From positions 1 through 64,000 of the forward strand of contig NEEC01000018.1 of assembly GCA_002189035.1 (NCBI GenBank): a stretch of 64,000 nucleotides of DNA, written 5' to 3'. The notes below the pieces were generated by a model. That model was not told the origin of the DNA. It searched no databases and was given only the letters and a program-made list of their open reading frames with translations. A program made the translations under genes and the position numbers. Below are positions 23,558 through 37,884 of this stretch, piece after piece. The stretch is from Utricularia gibba (Eukaryota; Plantae; Magnoliophyta). Each line of letters begins with the position of its first letter. Positions within the stretch are counted from its first letter, which is position 1.

Positions 23558-26012
23558 TGTTAGTGTATATGTTCCAGAGACAATCAAATTATTGATTAAT
23601 CTTATTTTTTCATATTTACTTTGAATTATTTTTGTTAGTGTATGTGTTCCAGAGACAAGTGAATCTTCGACTTGATATGTATACCATGGAAATTACGATG
23701 AGATCATAATGTGAGATTTTTCAAACATTTCTATTCAAGTTAAAAACTCCCTAGCTACAGTATTTGTAAAATGAGGATATCACAAATGCGGATAACCAAG
23801 CATAGATTGAGTCCCCTAAATTGTTTAGGTAATGATTCTCACAATTGATGTAATAAGATTACTACAACAATTGTGTGGGTGTGAATTAGAGATTCGATTC
23901 ACAAGATGACTCATCTTCATGATGCTACTATGTGAAGCTAATCAAATGTCAGTAGCAAGATCTTGAATATAACAATCATGCAACTAAGCTTAAACTTGAG
24001 GTTAACAAAATTATCTTAATCTTAACCTCGCATGTTCGCTTACCATGGCTTGCGTAATGTGGATGAGAAGAGGTGCGATGCTTTAAGATTTGGTCAAAAG
24101 ATTCATAGATAAGATAAAGATTTGGGGAATATTTAGATAAAAGATTTGGATAAAATATCTTATCCAAACCCATCAAACAAGCCTAATACGAAGATTCAAA
24201 TTTGATCTACTATAAATACCCCACTCTCTCAACCATTAGAGATATTTTTGGACCACTTTTCCTTTGTATTTTTCTCTATTTCTATTAGATAAGATCTTTA
24301 CAGAGATTTGATTAGATATATTACCAAATATCTGTATAAGATAATAGGAAACATTTGATCTTTTGAGATTTTTCATATCTTCAATCTCTCTCAAATTTAC
24401 ATGCATGGAGGGTGACTTTCTCAACTAGCGTCTGAGGAGATCTACCATCATTTTGTGGCCTTGAGAAGATTATCAATAGAATGATTCATTTGTGGATACT
24501 ATAGACACCATCTTCTATTGACAGTTTGTTTAACAACGAAGTCTGTTAAAAGGTAACTTTTTAATTTGACATAAACTGTATTCCAAGATCTATGCTTTAG
24601 GGTTTGATAGCACACAAATTTTCATGTTTTTAGGATATGAAAATCATAAATTTTTAATTATGTTTAAGTGTTTATTTTATATTTTTAAGTGTTTTTATGT
24701 AATTTAGGAAAATTTAATTTTTGGTGTGATTAGTGGGCTAAATCCTTTGATTTAGCCCACCCCATGTCTAACCCGATTTTGGAGTCTAGCAGCAACCCAA
24801 GAATCAAGGAAAAATCTGGATTTCGTGCAAGTCATCAGGCTATAGGGGTTAATGAGTTCACTATCACAATGACAGTCTGCAAGTCAGGGCCAGGAGCAGC
24901 AGATCTGTCAGAGAATGTACTTGCCTTAGGCAGTGGTAGGCGAGAAAAAAGATGAAGAGAGAGAGCACACACTAGGGGGTTTCTCACCCAACCCAACTCG
25001 AACATTAAGAACACGAAAGGAGAAGGAGGAAGAAAAGGAATTTTTCTGGAGAAGAACCTCCAGCTTGAAGGAAAAAGATCAAGACCCAATTCAGCGCTAC
25101 TGTTCTGGTCTAGGAACAGTAGCAGACGGAAACCCGACTGTTTACTGTTTTATTTTAGTTTGTTGATGTCTTTAGGTTCTACACTAAATTTCTGCACGAT
25201 GTTCTCAACATTTTCGTTGTTTTATGTTAATGCCATTACATTTTACCTTCAAAACATGAGTAGCTAAACCATAGGAATGCCTTAAGGTAAAGCATGGTGG
25301 TGTGAGTCTAGGAGTCTTAATAAAATTGACCATTGTTCCTTAGCTCTTGTTTCTATCAAACCATGGGTATACCTAAAGAGGGGAACAAGTAGTTCACAAC
25401 TTAGATGCTTGATTTAGAGGTAGACCAACAAATCAAGACGAGAGCATTAGGTATTAGTCTGGGGTAGAACCAGTAGAATCGGGTAGACCTAGTTCTATAT
25501 GCTTTGCATGCGGGTAGACCTAATTGCAATGTTGGTGATGATATGGAGGACTAAATTAGCCAAAAATATGGTGAATGACCTGGGTAGACTTAGGTTATTT
25601 GAAGTTGTGAGTATAGGAACATGGTAGATCAAATCAGGAATTTTGGCACAACACCACCTGTAGATCCTTAAGGCACGTTAGTTTTATTCTGAGTTAGAAC
25701 CAATACATGTTACCTTAGCGTTAAGACCTGATATTGTTTACTGATTCTGTTTACCGAACTTGTTTACCACTGTTGGTCCGAGCTTAGACTAAGACTTCCT
25801 GTTATCCCGAATTATGCATTTACTAAGACACTTGACAAGCACCATCTCCTTGTGATCGACCCCAACATCCACTATACACGTTTTCTAAATTTGTATTTTG
25901 TGTAGACTATTGTTATTGCAACAATATTAGGAATTTCCGTTTATCAAGGTTTTTAAAAGTTTTTAAATTCCGCTACTTTTCTAACATGCGATTGTCTATG
26001 AGAAACCTACCA
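23558..26012 (+). mobile_element. Old, diverged family-B-related LTR with a nested Athila-like LTR
   Basis: Starts TGTTAGTGTAT and ends gagaaacctacca. Both ends align with LTR B. Confidence 0.7.
24605..25946. mobile_element. Athila-like solo LTR (~1.34 kb)
   Basis: TGATAG...TTATCA termini, flanks GGGTT/AGGTT. Host LTR B sequence resumes after it. Lineage inferred from termini and size. Confidence 0.7.
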
Positions 26013-26849
26013 TGGAGAGCATGCTTTGTTGTGCTTGGTTGAAATGATGGATCTCTTCAAGTTCATTCAAGTACTCTATTACACCTGAAAGGATACTTGG
26101 TTGAACATGTTGATCTCAACAACTTAATCCAAGCAATCAATAGTAGCTAATGTAGGGGTACGAATCTCTACAAGCTTAGGCAAACAACACACTAATGACA
26201 TAGCAATGTCTACTTCAACAATCATTACAAAGTACAATCATACAAAAGCATAGTAACATTGTCCTAGCATATTAAATCGATATGAATTGATAGCCCCATA
26301 TGTGCAATGATATCGAGTCATTGTACATCATATCCCTTTCCTCATCATGCGAATCGCTGCATGCTTCACTCAAGATGACACCTACTGCATTGCCATGCAT
26401 GTCATTACTCTTTCCACCTTCCTTTTGAAAGTGTGAAGGCACCTCATCCTTTATGGGATTGTGGTTTAATGAGAGTATGGAAACTAAAGATAAAGAGAAC
26501 TAAATTCATGTGATATATTATCATGTTGCTCATCATTATCATTAGATTTAACATCAATCGAATTCTCAATCTACTCACAAGAAGTTTCATTCCCATCCAC
26601 AATTAGTTGACTCTAAATTATGGTTTTATTATTGGTATTGCTTCCACAGTCAACATGATTATCACAATTACTATAATAATTTCTCATAGTACCTGAATTT
26701 TGTAGTTCTTCTTAATAAGGTTCATCCATTGGTTCACTGCCGTATGTGCTGTTCTCTTCATGGATTAATCTATCATCATTGACACATAACTACTTTGCAG
26801 GGGCTCTCTATTTCTCTACATAATCACAATGTGTTGTATTATTGTTTCA

Positions 26850-29800
26850 ATCAAACTTTGACTTTTCATCAAAAATAATATCACAATTGATAACTATCGA
26901 TTTGAACTTAGGATATATATGTTCTATATCCTTTTTTGACATTACTATACCCAACAAACACTCCTAATTGTGCTTTATCCTCAAGTTTGGTTCTCCTAAC
27001 ATTTGAAACATGAACATAGCAAATACATCCAAATATTATGAGATGACCAACTGTTCTTTTGGTATTAAGCCATAGCTTGTGAGCTGACTTTCCATCTAAT
27101 GGCCTAGAGAGCAACAAACTCAACAAATATATTGAAGTAGCCACTGTTTCTACCTAGAACACATTGGGCATGGATTTTTCATAAAGTAATCACTTAGTCA
27201 TATTCAAAATAGTGCGTGTTTTTATGTTCACATACACCATTTTTCTCAGGTGTATGTGGAGCAGTGTAAAACTAGATTGTACCTTCCTTTTCACAGTATT
27301 GTTTCGGCATACTACCCTCTATTGTCTAATAGTATAACCTTGATTTTCTGCTCAGCTTGCGTTTCTGCCATTTCTTTGAATTTTTTAAGCACATCAAAAC
27401 TTCACTTTTGCTTTTCAGAAAAAAAGAACCAATAAAATTGAAAGAAATCATCAATAAAGGTGAGAAAATAATTGTTACCATTCAAAGATGTTTGCCTGAA
27501 TGATCCATAGATATCAATGTGTATCAAATCCAATTTATTTTTGGCTTCGGTGTTACTTCTGAAAAGTATCACATATCATCTCAGCACCTCTTATATCTAG
27601 AAAATCTTGTACACTTCCATCTTTAAGCAATATTCTCACATTGTTCATTTTAGAGTGTCCTACATCAATCTTATCAGATACTCTGAAACAGTTTTTTGAA
27701 ACACTACAAACTTCCAACTTATACAAATTATTACTCAACAACAATGCATCAATCTTTATATTTCCTAAAGGATTTTTTATTTGCATCTTTTCTTCCATAA
27801 GATATACTTGAAACTTTTGTTTCTTCAATTGTCCAAGGCTAATCAGATTCTCTGTCAAATTTGTAATATAACACACATCCTCAATTACTAGAAAACCATT
27901 TTTAGTTGGAAAGCAAATAAATCTTCACCTTTTCACTTTTGTGGATTTTGCACCAACTATACCTCTAACTATCTCTACATACATAGATTTGATGTACTAA
28001 AAATAGGTCATATCCTTGCAAATATGTTTGGAAGTCCCACTATCTAGAAACCATCCATCACTCAACTTTTCAGATTAAGTGCAAACTCAAAATCTAGGGG
28101 ATCATCTAAATTAACTTCCATTTTCCCTTCACAATAAGATAAGGCACTCATTTGCTCTTCCTTTAACCTTGATTTCTTGATAGGATTCTTTGATGGGCAC
28201 AATTTTTCCTTGTGTCCTTTTCAATTGCAGTATGTACAGACGGCATTTGGGTGCCAACAACAAGAATTTGGGTAATGGTACTTTCAACCACAATGCACAC
28301 ATGCATTTTCTTATTTAGTCCAACAACTTTCACTCTTGTAGTTTTTCTTTCCACAAATGCTACTGTTAAGTGTCATTTTCTTACTATTTCTTAGGTTCTT
28401 TTTATGTCTAAATGTGATTAGAAGTGTCTAATTAGGAGTCTATAATATGAGATTTAGGTTTTTATCTAGTTTAGGGTAATTATCCTAAATCTTGTATTTT
28501 ATCTAAGAATTTTGTTAGTTTTAATTGTGTTTTTCTAGAGGCGCACATGTGGCAGGAAGTGAGAGAAAAAGGGCAGTAGATGGCGACAAATTGGATCCTC
28601 CCGAGCTGACATTCCTTTGATTTCCGGAAGACTGTAACAACTAATCATGAGCCTTGATGTGCGGAACACTAGAGTCTCTAATAGAAGACATCATTAGCGT
28701 ACCAATGTCAGAGCAGATGTTGCTTGCAAGTCATCCCAAGTTCAGCAGAACCACAGGGACATGAAATCCAAGACGAAATAGTCCATCTCAGTTCTATTCA
28801 GACAAGTTTAGTTTTACTTTCAGTTTAGTTTTAAACTTTTGTTTCTCTCTCTAGAGGATTTTCCTCTAGCTTCTCTCTAGAACCTTTTTTCGTTTCCTTT
28901 GCCATTTTGTTGACACCCATACTACACTTTTGTGTTTTACGAGTTTTAAAAATATTAAAATTTGTTGTGGAATCGACACGCATCAGCTACTCTTTATATT
29001 GGTTGCACTATATAACCAATTCACTTGTCTTTTAGCTTGTTTCCCTTTCCTCTTACCATTTTCAACTTGATTTACTAATAAAAGCTAACTAAGTATTTTC
29101 AACCACTTCTTCATTTTCATCAAGTATTGCCATTCTCTTTTCCAATGCTTGCAAGAAGTTTATGAATTGAAGAAATGTTTTTTTTTTAGTTATCTTTAGA
29201 CTCTTTTTGATGGCCTCCTCAAATTCTAGAATGCACAATTTTGCTTCTAATTTTGCAGGCATATTCATCATAGCTTTATTAATGATCTTTTCAGCAAAAA
29301 TCTCCTCTCCCAGAGGTCATAGTTCATTCACTAGCTGTACAATTCAATCATAATATTCTTGCAAGGTTTTTGTGGACTTCATTTTGTTTCTCTCAAACTG
29401 TACTAGCTTGGTTTTGGCATATATTTTGCGCATTTGGTTATCTCCTGGAAAATGATCTCTCAATTTTGTCAAGATTTCATGTGGTGATGTGTAGCTGATT
29501 ATTCTATGAATGATTGGTCTTATAATTGATCGTTGCAGAGTCATCATAGCTGCATCTCTTTTCTCATGGAATTCTTCCCATTTCTTCTTCTCGGGATTTG
29601 TAGGATTTCTAGAGAGATCTGGCACTTCTTCCTCACTTTTAACAAACACCCATAACTTTTTTGCCGTAAAAAATATAGCCATCAACAAAACCCACTTATG
29701 ACAGTTTGTAGCATCAAGCTTAGAGATATCATATGGTGCATAAGAATCATATTCAGATTCCATTTTTCCTTTTCAAGTAATAACTTTTGACAGACTACCA

Positions 29801-30126
29801 TTCTTCAAGCCAAACACAAAACAACTTATCTTTTCTCAAGAGAGACTCAATTTAGATTCTATACCATGTTGAGCTTGTTGATTCTTCCATTCCTTTGTCA
29901 GATTCAAGCATAAAGAATAAGCATTAAGTACCTAGGAACAAAGAGCCATTCGAAAATCATCAAAATACGTTGTCTTCACTCTATTTCCATCTAACTGATC
30001 CCAACAGAGACTTCATCGACAACAAAGTATGTAGGGTCGAGGAAATATACAATCTTAGAGGAGAATGAAGCAATTATTAGTTGGACAATTTTTACCAATG
30101 GAATATGAGCAAGTATTATTTCAACA
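26850..30126 (-). mobile_element. Degenerate Ty1/copia element: candidate 5' LTR 29867-30126, degenerate PBS ~29856-29866, gag 29763-28160, protease ~28060-27870, integrase to ~26850
   Basis: gag ORF 29344-29763 with a zinc-knuckle remnant; WFLDSGTSKHIC; INT motif HLIIFGCICYVHV..RRTKLEDKAQLGVFVGYS. The LTR call (TGTTGA...TCAACA) is less certain. Confidence 0.75.
28364..29083. mobile_element. Solo LTR (family F, 720 bp) inserted in the copia gag
   Basis: TGTTA...TAAAA (probably mutated TAACA), flanks GCTAC/GCTAA. gag rejoins as ENT*LA|FVERK. Confidence 0.75.
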
Positions 30127-30989
30127 ATACCAAAAGCATCATCAGAAAAATTGAAATATCCATTAAACTAAATTGGAATATGAGCAAGTATTGTTCAACT
30201 ACCATGATGATACGTGTCATTTTCACAATATATTTTAAAGATTTTTAAAACTCATAGATCACCAAATGCATAGTACGGGTGTCTAACATAAGAAGTTACT
30301 GTTTTTATGAAAGATTAAGTTACACTCAATACAACTGACAAGATTTGTAAATGGGTTTGTGATGTAAAAGGAGGGAGAAACATGAGTGATAAAACTTGAG
30401 TAGGGGATTATAAACAAACAACGAAATGAACACAAGTGATGAAACTTAAATAAAGAGAATGTTTATGGGATTGGAATCCTGCCCAGCTACGTTTGCCATG
30501 TCTCCACTTTTCTCTGATCTTCTCGAGTACTCCGTTATAGGAGTATGGAATTGCCTATCCTCCCTTACACTTTCTTGCAAAGAGGCATGAGAATAGCTCG
30601 ATGTTACACTCTCATAGACGAACACAAATGTAAGAGGTCATGTTGTCGTACCCTCACAGTTGAATTGTGCACATGTGGCCTAGTCTAGTCAATGACCCAA
30701 TGAGTCTACATACGAGGCCACTATTTGTCCATTGATCTTGAAGTACAGCCACAAATAAAATATTGTCTCCCTTCAACCAAAAGAGTGTGAGTTGGTGTTT
30801 TCCACCTTGCTCCACTTAAAAAATCATAGATAATGGTAACATAAAGACGGTAACATAATTGTACGGAAACATATTGAACCTGATCACATTCAAAAAAGAA
30901 ATGGAGATTAACGAATGAAATGTAGATCTGAGAGTCTCCCAACTCAAAAACAAAAGTTACTAGTCATGATCAACATACAAACTAAGGAA

Positions 30990-31516
30990 AATAAGAGAGA
31001 AGCTATTAGAAAAATCCTCTAGAGAGACATAAACAAAAGTCTAAAACTAAAACTAAAATTGAAAGCTATCTATCAATCTGAACTGAAACTTAACCAAAAT
31101 GAAAGTCTAAGTTTTCGTATTCCCTTAGTCCTGTTGTGAATTAGACTTACTTGCAAGGAAGTTCCTGCTCTGACACTGGTACACTAATGATTTCATCTAT
31201 CAGAGGCTCTTATGTAACGCACGTCAAGCCTCATCATTAGGCATCTACAATCTTCTGAAAATCCAGGAAATGTCAGTGTCGCAAAATCTATTTTGTTGCC
31301 ATCTACTGCTTCATTTCTCACACTTCCTACCACATGTTCTTCCCTGCAAAACTTAAATAAAATTAGACAAAAACTCTATATAAAATATATGATTTATGAT
31401 AATATCCTAATCTAGATAAAACCTAAATCTTATATCATAAACTCTTAACTAAACAACTCTAATCATATTTTGACATAAAAATAACCTAAAAGATAATGAG
31501 AAAATGACACTTAACA
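30990..31516. mobile_element. Second, inverted, diverged family-F LTR copy (partial)
   Basis: Reverse complement aligns with 28364-28880 (tgttaagtgtcattttc, gtggcaggaagtgagag, tgtcagagcag). Confidence 0.7.
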
Positions 31517-31779
31517 CATGAACAATGACTAAAACTCAGAATTTGGCCATTAAAGCAGAGAAGATAGAGAACTCTTGAGGATGGATGCTTTATTTCATAC
31601 TCAAGAATCCATGCATGTTGGGGAAAAATAACTTCACCCACTTCCAACCAAAAACCTACTAGAAAGAGGATCTCGCAACCTATTACAGACAAAAGGGATA
31701 AACATATGCAAAACCCACTCCTCTTTGTAGCTATAAATGTAATCGAATCAGTCATCATTTTGATTAATTCCTCCAAAGG

Positions 31780-32680
31780 AAGTTAACTAGCTTCTTGGGG
31801 AAAGACACTCATGTTGAGAAGGTTGTATGTGGTCTTAAGTGCACCAAGGCAATGCATCAAACTTTGGTTCTTTAGAAGCTATTATTAAACCCCAAAAGTG
31901 AAGATGAGAGGCAAAGAAATACAATCTCCAGACAAGGTGCATAGTCAATGAGTTCATCTACAATTTAATCATTCATGGAGGAAGTTCTGAAAATGTGATT
32001 GGTCAAAGGTTGGCAGATACATAACTTGATTTTGAGAAGCTACCTTCACCATACTTCTTGTGTTGGTTAAATCTGAAGTTGAAAATATACCAATAAAGGA
32101 GCGATGTTACATCACATTTTCCATTGGAAAATTTGAAGATATGGTATCTTTTGATGTGATTGATATGGCTTATTGTTATGACTCTGTTTATTTGATGTCA
32201 ATGCTTACGATTTCAGTCAAAGTAATGCTTAGGTAATGAGAGGATATGCCAAATACAAGCTATGGCCCAACACAACAGCAATCAAAAATAAGACTTCATT
32301 TTTACTTATGTCCAATTCATTTGAGAAAGAAATGAAAATTGTAGAGGAGGCTCACTTAGCTTTTTTTAAAGAAACCTTCACTATCAACAATGTAGAATAG
32401 ATGAGCCTCATACCAATATGCACTAAACCACATTTAAGTCAGTTTCTGATGTAGTTGGAGACACCTTTATAAGAGGGCTACCTTCTTTACATAATATACA
32501 ACATCATGTTGACTTACTTCCAGGGGCAAGCTTTTTAAACTTTTCCCACTATTGGATGAGTCCTGAAGAATATGTCATTTTGAGGGATAAGATAGGACTA
32601 ATTACTTTAGAAACGCCCTATTTGAGAAAACATTAGCCTCTATGTTGTTCCCGCATTGATGCTTGTTGTTCCAAAATAAC
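31780..32680 (+). mobile_element. Highly degenerate Ty3/gypsy protease to RT-start fragment
   Basis: LPSPYFLCWL..CYITFSIGKFEDMVSFDVIDM and GLPSLHNIQHHVDLLPGAS. Confidence 0.6.
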
Positions 32681-35317
32681 TTTTGAAAGAATTCAAAATG
32701 TAAAGCACTTTATGAGTGTAGTATGAGTAACAATTACAAGGAGTTGATTTTCAAGAGAATAATGTAGTTTAAGCCAAACACAAACTATCACAAAGTAAAA
32801 ATATTTTTTCAAGTTTCCAAGTTATATCCTGTGTGCGAGGCATCTTTTTCTTCCCCGTAGATTAGTTCTGAAGCTATTCTGGGAAAGTTCCATACATTCT
32901 ACATATTGTATATACTAGTGAAACAAGCATGTTGAAAAAATTCTCACACATCCAATTCACATCCAAAGCTTATGAAACCCACAAGCACACAAGGCATTAA
33001 AGAATTCAAGTAGAACTAAAGAACTTTACAAATTGAAGAATTCTATAAATTCTTCATGGCGAACCCTATGTGAAACACTCTCTACACATGCTCTATTTCA
33101 GATCCTCGTCTCAAATTTCTCTATCGTATACATCTTTGCACCTTAGTCTCGGGTATTTGGCTTGTTATTACTAACATGGCAGCTCAACACTCAATACCAC
33201 CCATCTTCGATGGAAATGCTCCTAGTGAATTCCATGCTTGGTCGAGGAAAATGATAGGCTACTTCAACGAACTTGAGCTTATGGGCTACTTCACCATAGA
33301 GATTCCAAAAGAAACTAATGCAGAAGCAACAATTGCCTACAAAAGAATGGAAAAGAGAGTTCCATTCTTAATCAAGCCTTAACTCATGCAGCATATGAAC
33401 ACATTTTGGAATGCAAGAACCCCAAAGAAGCATGGAAAGTGCTTGAGACACTTATATTAGAACGGCTGAAAGCAAAGCAATCCAAGTAGCAGATATCTAG
33501 GGAATACTAAACAACCAAAAGCTAAGCTCCCTTGAGGCTCTTAATCAATTTACTAATGTCATTACACCAAGTGTTCAGAAAATGCGACTACTAGGATTCA
33601 AACCTGATGAAGAAAGACTTGAAGACATCATCATTCATACACTACCAACCTGCTACGAGTCAGCTATCAACTCATTTCAAATTCATGGCATAGAAAACTC
33701 ACTCATGCTGAAGTTCCCTAGAACTTGAGGTGAGTTGAAGCCAATATGCATACTCAACTTTTTGAAGAAAAGGCTTTTGCAACAAAGTCAATGTACAAGT
33801 GATGTAAGTGAGGGGAGGGATTTGCCAACAAATGGCAAGCAATATTGTGTTTCACTAGCGTGAACCCAAAATTACACAAAAAGGGACAGCAGCAAGGCTG
33901 CGACGCACGAGAATAACAAGTGAACTTGTCCAAATCTCACTACATCGAAGGTTAAAACAGAAACGCAAGCCTAGGACTCTGCTGCAACAACAGCCCCAAT
34001 AGCTGGAGCACCGTACCTGCAATATCAAGTAACTCAGGTAGGTAACCTTGGCTTCAAACACACAATAAGGAAGTGCAAGGGAGTGGAACGAATTACAAAC
34101 CAAGAAGGTCAAAAACTGCTTCGATCCTTGCTATTGTTGTATTTCAACATTGTCTCATGGGCCCTTGTTGTTTACAGGCCCAATAAGTGGTTCTTGGGTT
34201 AAACTACTTGCATCAACAAGCTAGTAAATCAAAAAGAATCCAACTCATAGACAGAAAAAAAACAACAAATCTTTTGGAAAGCCAGGAACCTATATACCTG
34301 ATTCTCATCCAGCTTGTCCATATTGCAAGCAATGGAATCATGCTTATGATGATTGTTTTTGGCACCCTAAAAAAATTTTTCAATTCTGTCAAGAAAAGGG
34401 ACACTTGGAAAGAGTCTGCACCGTAAAACATGAAGTCATGTAGCAAGTGTTGAAACAAAACAAATGGGAGCTAAAGGAGGCATTAGTGTTAAAATCAACT
34501 CTAATTCTCTGTCTTCAGCAAAAAAATATTTATCAAAGCATACTCTAAATGAGAAAGACAATATTGATATTTATTTTTCAGTGTCATTGAACAATATTAT
34601 CAGAACTAAGTAATGCAAGAAACTAGATATGGATACTAGACAGTGGAAGCACAAATCACATTGCAAATGATAAAGAACTCTTTCTCAATTTCAAGGAAGT
34701 CTCAACAAAAATTGAAATAGCATGTGGAAATCACCTCACAATTGTAGGAGCAGGCACCCTATTTTTGGAAATTGTATCAAAACACATTCTAAGCAAGGAT
34801 GCTTTTTATGTATCATCTGCCTCACACAATCTATTAAGTCTAGGCTAGCTTCTCAACAAGAACTATGAAATTCATTTCTTTAATGGTGCATGCCATATAA
34901 ACAGCCCTACATGTGAACATATTATGAGTCTTCCCATGATCAAAAAAGTATTTCCGATCAATTTTCTCAAGGATATAGATGAATTTACAGCAATGCCTCT
35001 ATCTACACAAGAGAAGAAAAACATGATGTTACGGCACTGAAGATTCGGTCATCACCATCAAATATCATTACAAAGATTGCAACGCAAAAATCTAATCAAT
35101 GGAATTCAAGAACTAGAAAAATTAGGAGATTTTTGTGAAATTTTTCAGCTTTGCAAAATGAGTAGACCATCATTTGAACCAAGCAATTAGATACCATAGT
35201 AACCACTTGCAATAATTTTTTCTAATGTCTACGGCGCCATTACACCACCCACGCAAGCGGGAAACAACTACTTTGGGTTATTTATTGATGATTTTTCAAA
35301 ATAAGCTTGAGTATACT

Positions 35318-37884
35318 TGATAACACATATTTTTGAGTGTTTTCAGTTAGGAAAATGATTAATATTTTATTATAAAACTCAGATTATATTGTATATTTCC
35401 GCATTTTTGTGATTATCAGCATAGTATGTGTCTTTTATTATAAAACTCAGATTATATTGAGCAATGCAGCACATTTTAATAGTCCAAATCCCAAAGAGGC
35501 GAAAATTGAACAGTGGAGGCATCATGAAAAGGGGACAAAAGCTAAAAGAAGTACACCAAATCCCACTGTGAAGAAGAAAAGTAGATTTTTGGAATAATTA
35601 AGAAAGAGAAGACTATCTCCCACATTTTGAACATGAAAAAATTTATGGGAGGGGGATCTCGTAGGAAGGAGTAGCAGAACCATGGAGGACAAAGAAGACG
35701 AAACTATGATCCAAGCCATCTTTTGAAGCTTTCTTCTTCTTATGAAAGACACTATTTTTAGCTAGGAGTTGTTTTAGCTTTTTCGTGAGAACTAATTGTT
35801 GTTTATGTTTCTGTTATGCATTTTATGTTATTGTTGAACTTTAGAACAAAGATGATGTTTATGAAATGTCATGGAAGTGTTTTCATTTCTGTTGTTATAT
35901 GTGGCTAGGCATTTGGGGGTGCCTTAGGACAAAGGGGGATGAGCATGCTTATTGTTCACTAGACCACAATACCGCTTAATCATTCTACTTTCTTAACAGC
36001 CTGAATTAGAGGTAGATCAAAAATTAGGGAAAAACAAGGGTTTGGATAGGCTTGAGTCTTTGCTTGTTAGATGATTGATTTTGAATTTGGGTGGGATAGT
36101 TATAGTGATTCACATGCTACCCCTGAATGTCCCAAGGCATCACTTTCTTTTATTTTACATAAATATATGTTTTTACCCGTTTACTATCTTTTTACACATT
36201 TTCGTTGAATTCCTTTAATCTTAGTTTAGACTAAATCTCTTAAACATGATAAAATCTGAATGTATTAACTTTCACATAGCAAGCGCTTAGTTTTGGGTTT
36301 CTCGTACACATCGCATGTTAGAAAAGCCGCGGAATTTAAAAATTTTTGAGAAACCCCCAATGTAGATCTTGGAATATGGTATACGTCAGATTAAGGAATG
36401 CTGAAAATACCTTTCAGCGCACTCCGTTGTTCACCAACCACCAATAGCAAACGACCTCTATGGTATCCACACGTGAAGCACTCCATCGATAACCTTCACA
36501 AGGCTGTAGAATGCTGGTCGAATTCCTAAGGTGCTAGTAGAGTAAATCACCCCCTTATGGATCAATGTCAGAGAGCACGAAGATGTGCGATGTAGATATT
36601 TAGATTTGAATCTTTTTTATAGATATTTTGGTAACATATCAAATCAAATCTCCATAAAGATCTCATCTTGTGGAGATATGTATATGTTCCAAATCTTATC
36701 TACATAAGATCTTTTATTTTGAGTTTAATCAATATTAATCACAAAATAACTCTCTATTTAATTTATCAACTTTACCAATTACATCTCATGTAATTGTGTC
36801 ATTCTAGTTTATATCAATGAGTGACTCCACTATTGTGTGTCACCCTATAGGCTTCCTCAATCAAATCCATCATTATCGATCATGAGTGATGTCTAGCAAC
36901 ATATTATGATCCCCAAGATGTAAGAATAATCAGGTGAACTGATTGAGCCTTTCCATGATCAGCCACCATGCAATGAACAGCTTTCATCATACTTATATCT
37001 CATTCGATACCAGAACATGGGTGTGTGCCTTTCTGATGAATCGACCTTATAATTGCATTCAAGCACTGATACTTAATGACCTACTCAAACAATTCGAGTG
37101 TCATTATCCTGAGCCCAGGACTTACTATTAGGTTTTGATGCAATCACTTGACATATGATTCCATCACTAACATGAGTGATGAATCCTTTATTGATCAATC
37201 AACTATCTCCAACCTTAAGGAGTCACATCCCTACTCATCCATACTAGGCAAGCCATGGTTAGGCTCTCATTAGTAATGAGCGAAAATATGAGCTTAAGAT
37301 CAAGATAACTTTGTTGACCTCAAGTCTAAGCTTACTTGCACGGCTGTCATATTCGAGATCTTGCTACTGACACTTGGTTAGCTTCCCATAGTAGCATCTC
37401 GAAGATGAGTCATCCAGTGAATCGATTCTCTAATCATCACCCACTCATAGGTTCTAGTAATCTCATTACATCAATTGTGAGAACCATTGCCTAAACAATT
37501 TAGGGAACTCAATGTGTGCCAGCTTATCCGTATTTGTGATATCCTCATTTCACAAATACTCTAGCTAGGGAGTTTTTAACTTGATCATGAGTGCTTGAAG
37601 AATCTCACATTATGATCTCCTCATAATTTCTATAGCATATAGATCAAGTAGAGGATTTTATCAATGATATAAATTTGATCACAATTCAAAGTAAATATCA
37701 AAAGATAAAATTTTCCAATGAGTTGATTGTCTCTAGAACACATACATTAACACTTAGCTCTTTGTGTTCGACCCTAGTCCATTATGCTTATATTTTTCAT
37801 ATGATTTGATGTGAATCAGGTTTATAAATTTATTTGATAGGAGAAATTTACATTTTAACGACATTGCATATTTTTCGTTTATCA
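35318..37884. mobile_element. Athila-like solo LTR (~1.1 kb net) inserted in the copia integrase
   Basis: TGATAA...TTATCA with a perfect TSD ATACT (35313-35317, 37885-37889). Integrase rejoins across it. Confidence 0.8.
36291..37752 (-). mobile_element. Family-B solo LTR (1462 bp)
   Basis: Perfect TSD CTTAG (36286-36290, 37753-37757). Aligns with 21395-22847. Confidence 0.9.

Noticed and set aside
11183-37131. A 62-aa ORF (MSLSMTSHHAM...) conserved at 11183, 18748, 22038 and 36943
   Set aside because: It lies inside family-B LTR copies, starts at a non-ATG codon and has no recognisable domain. Repeat identity explains the conservation.
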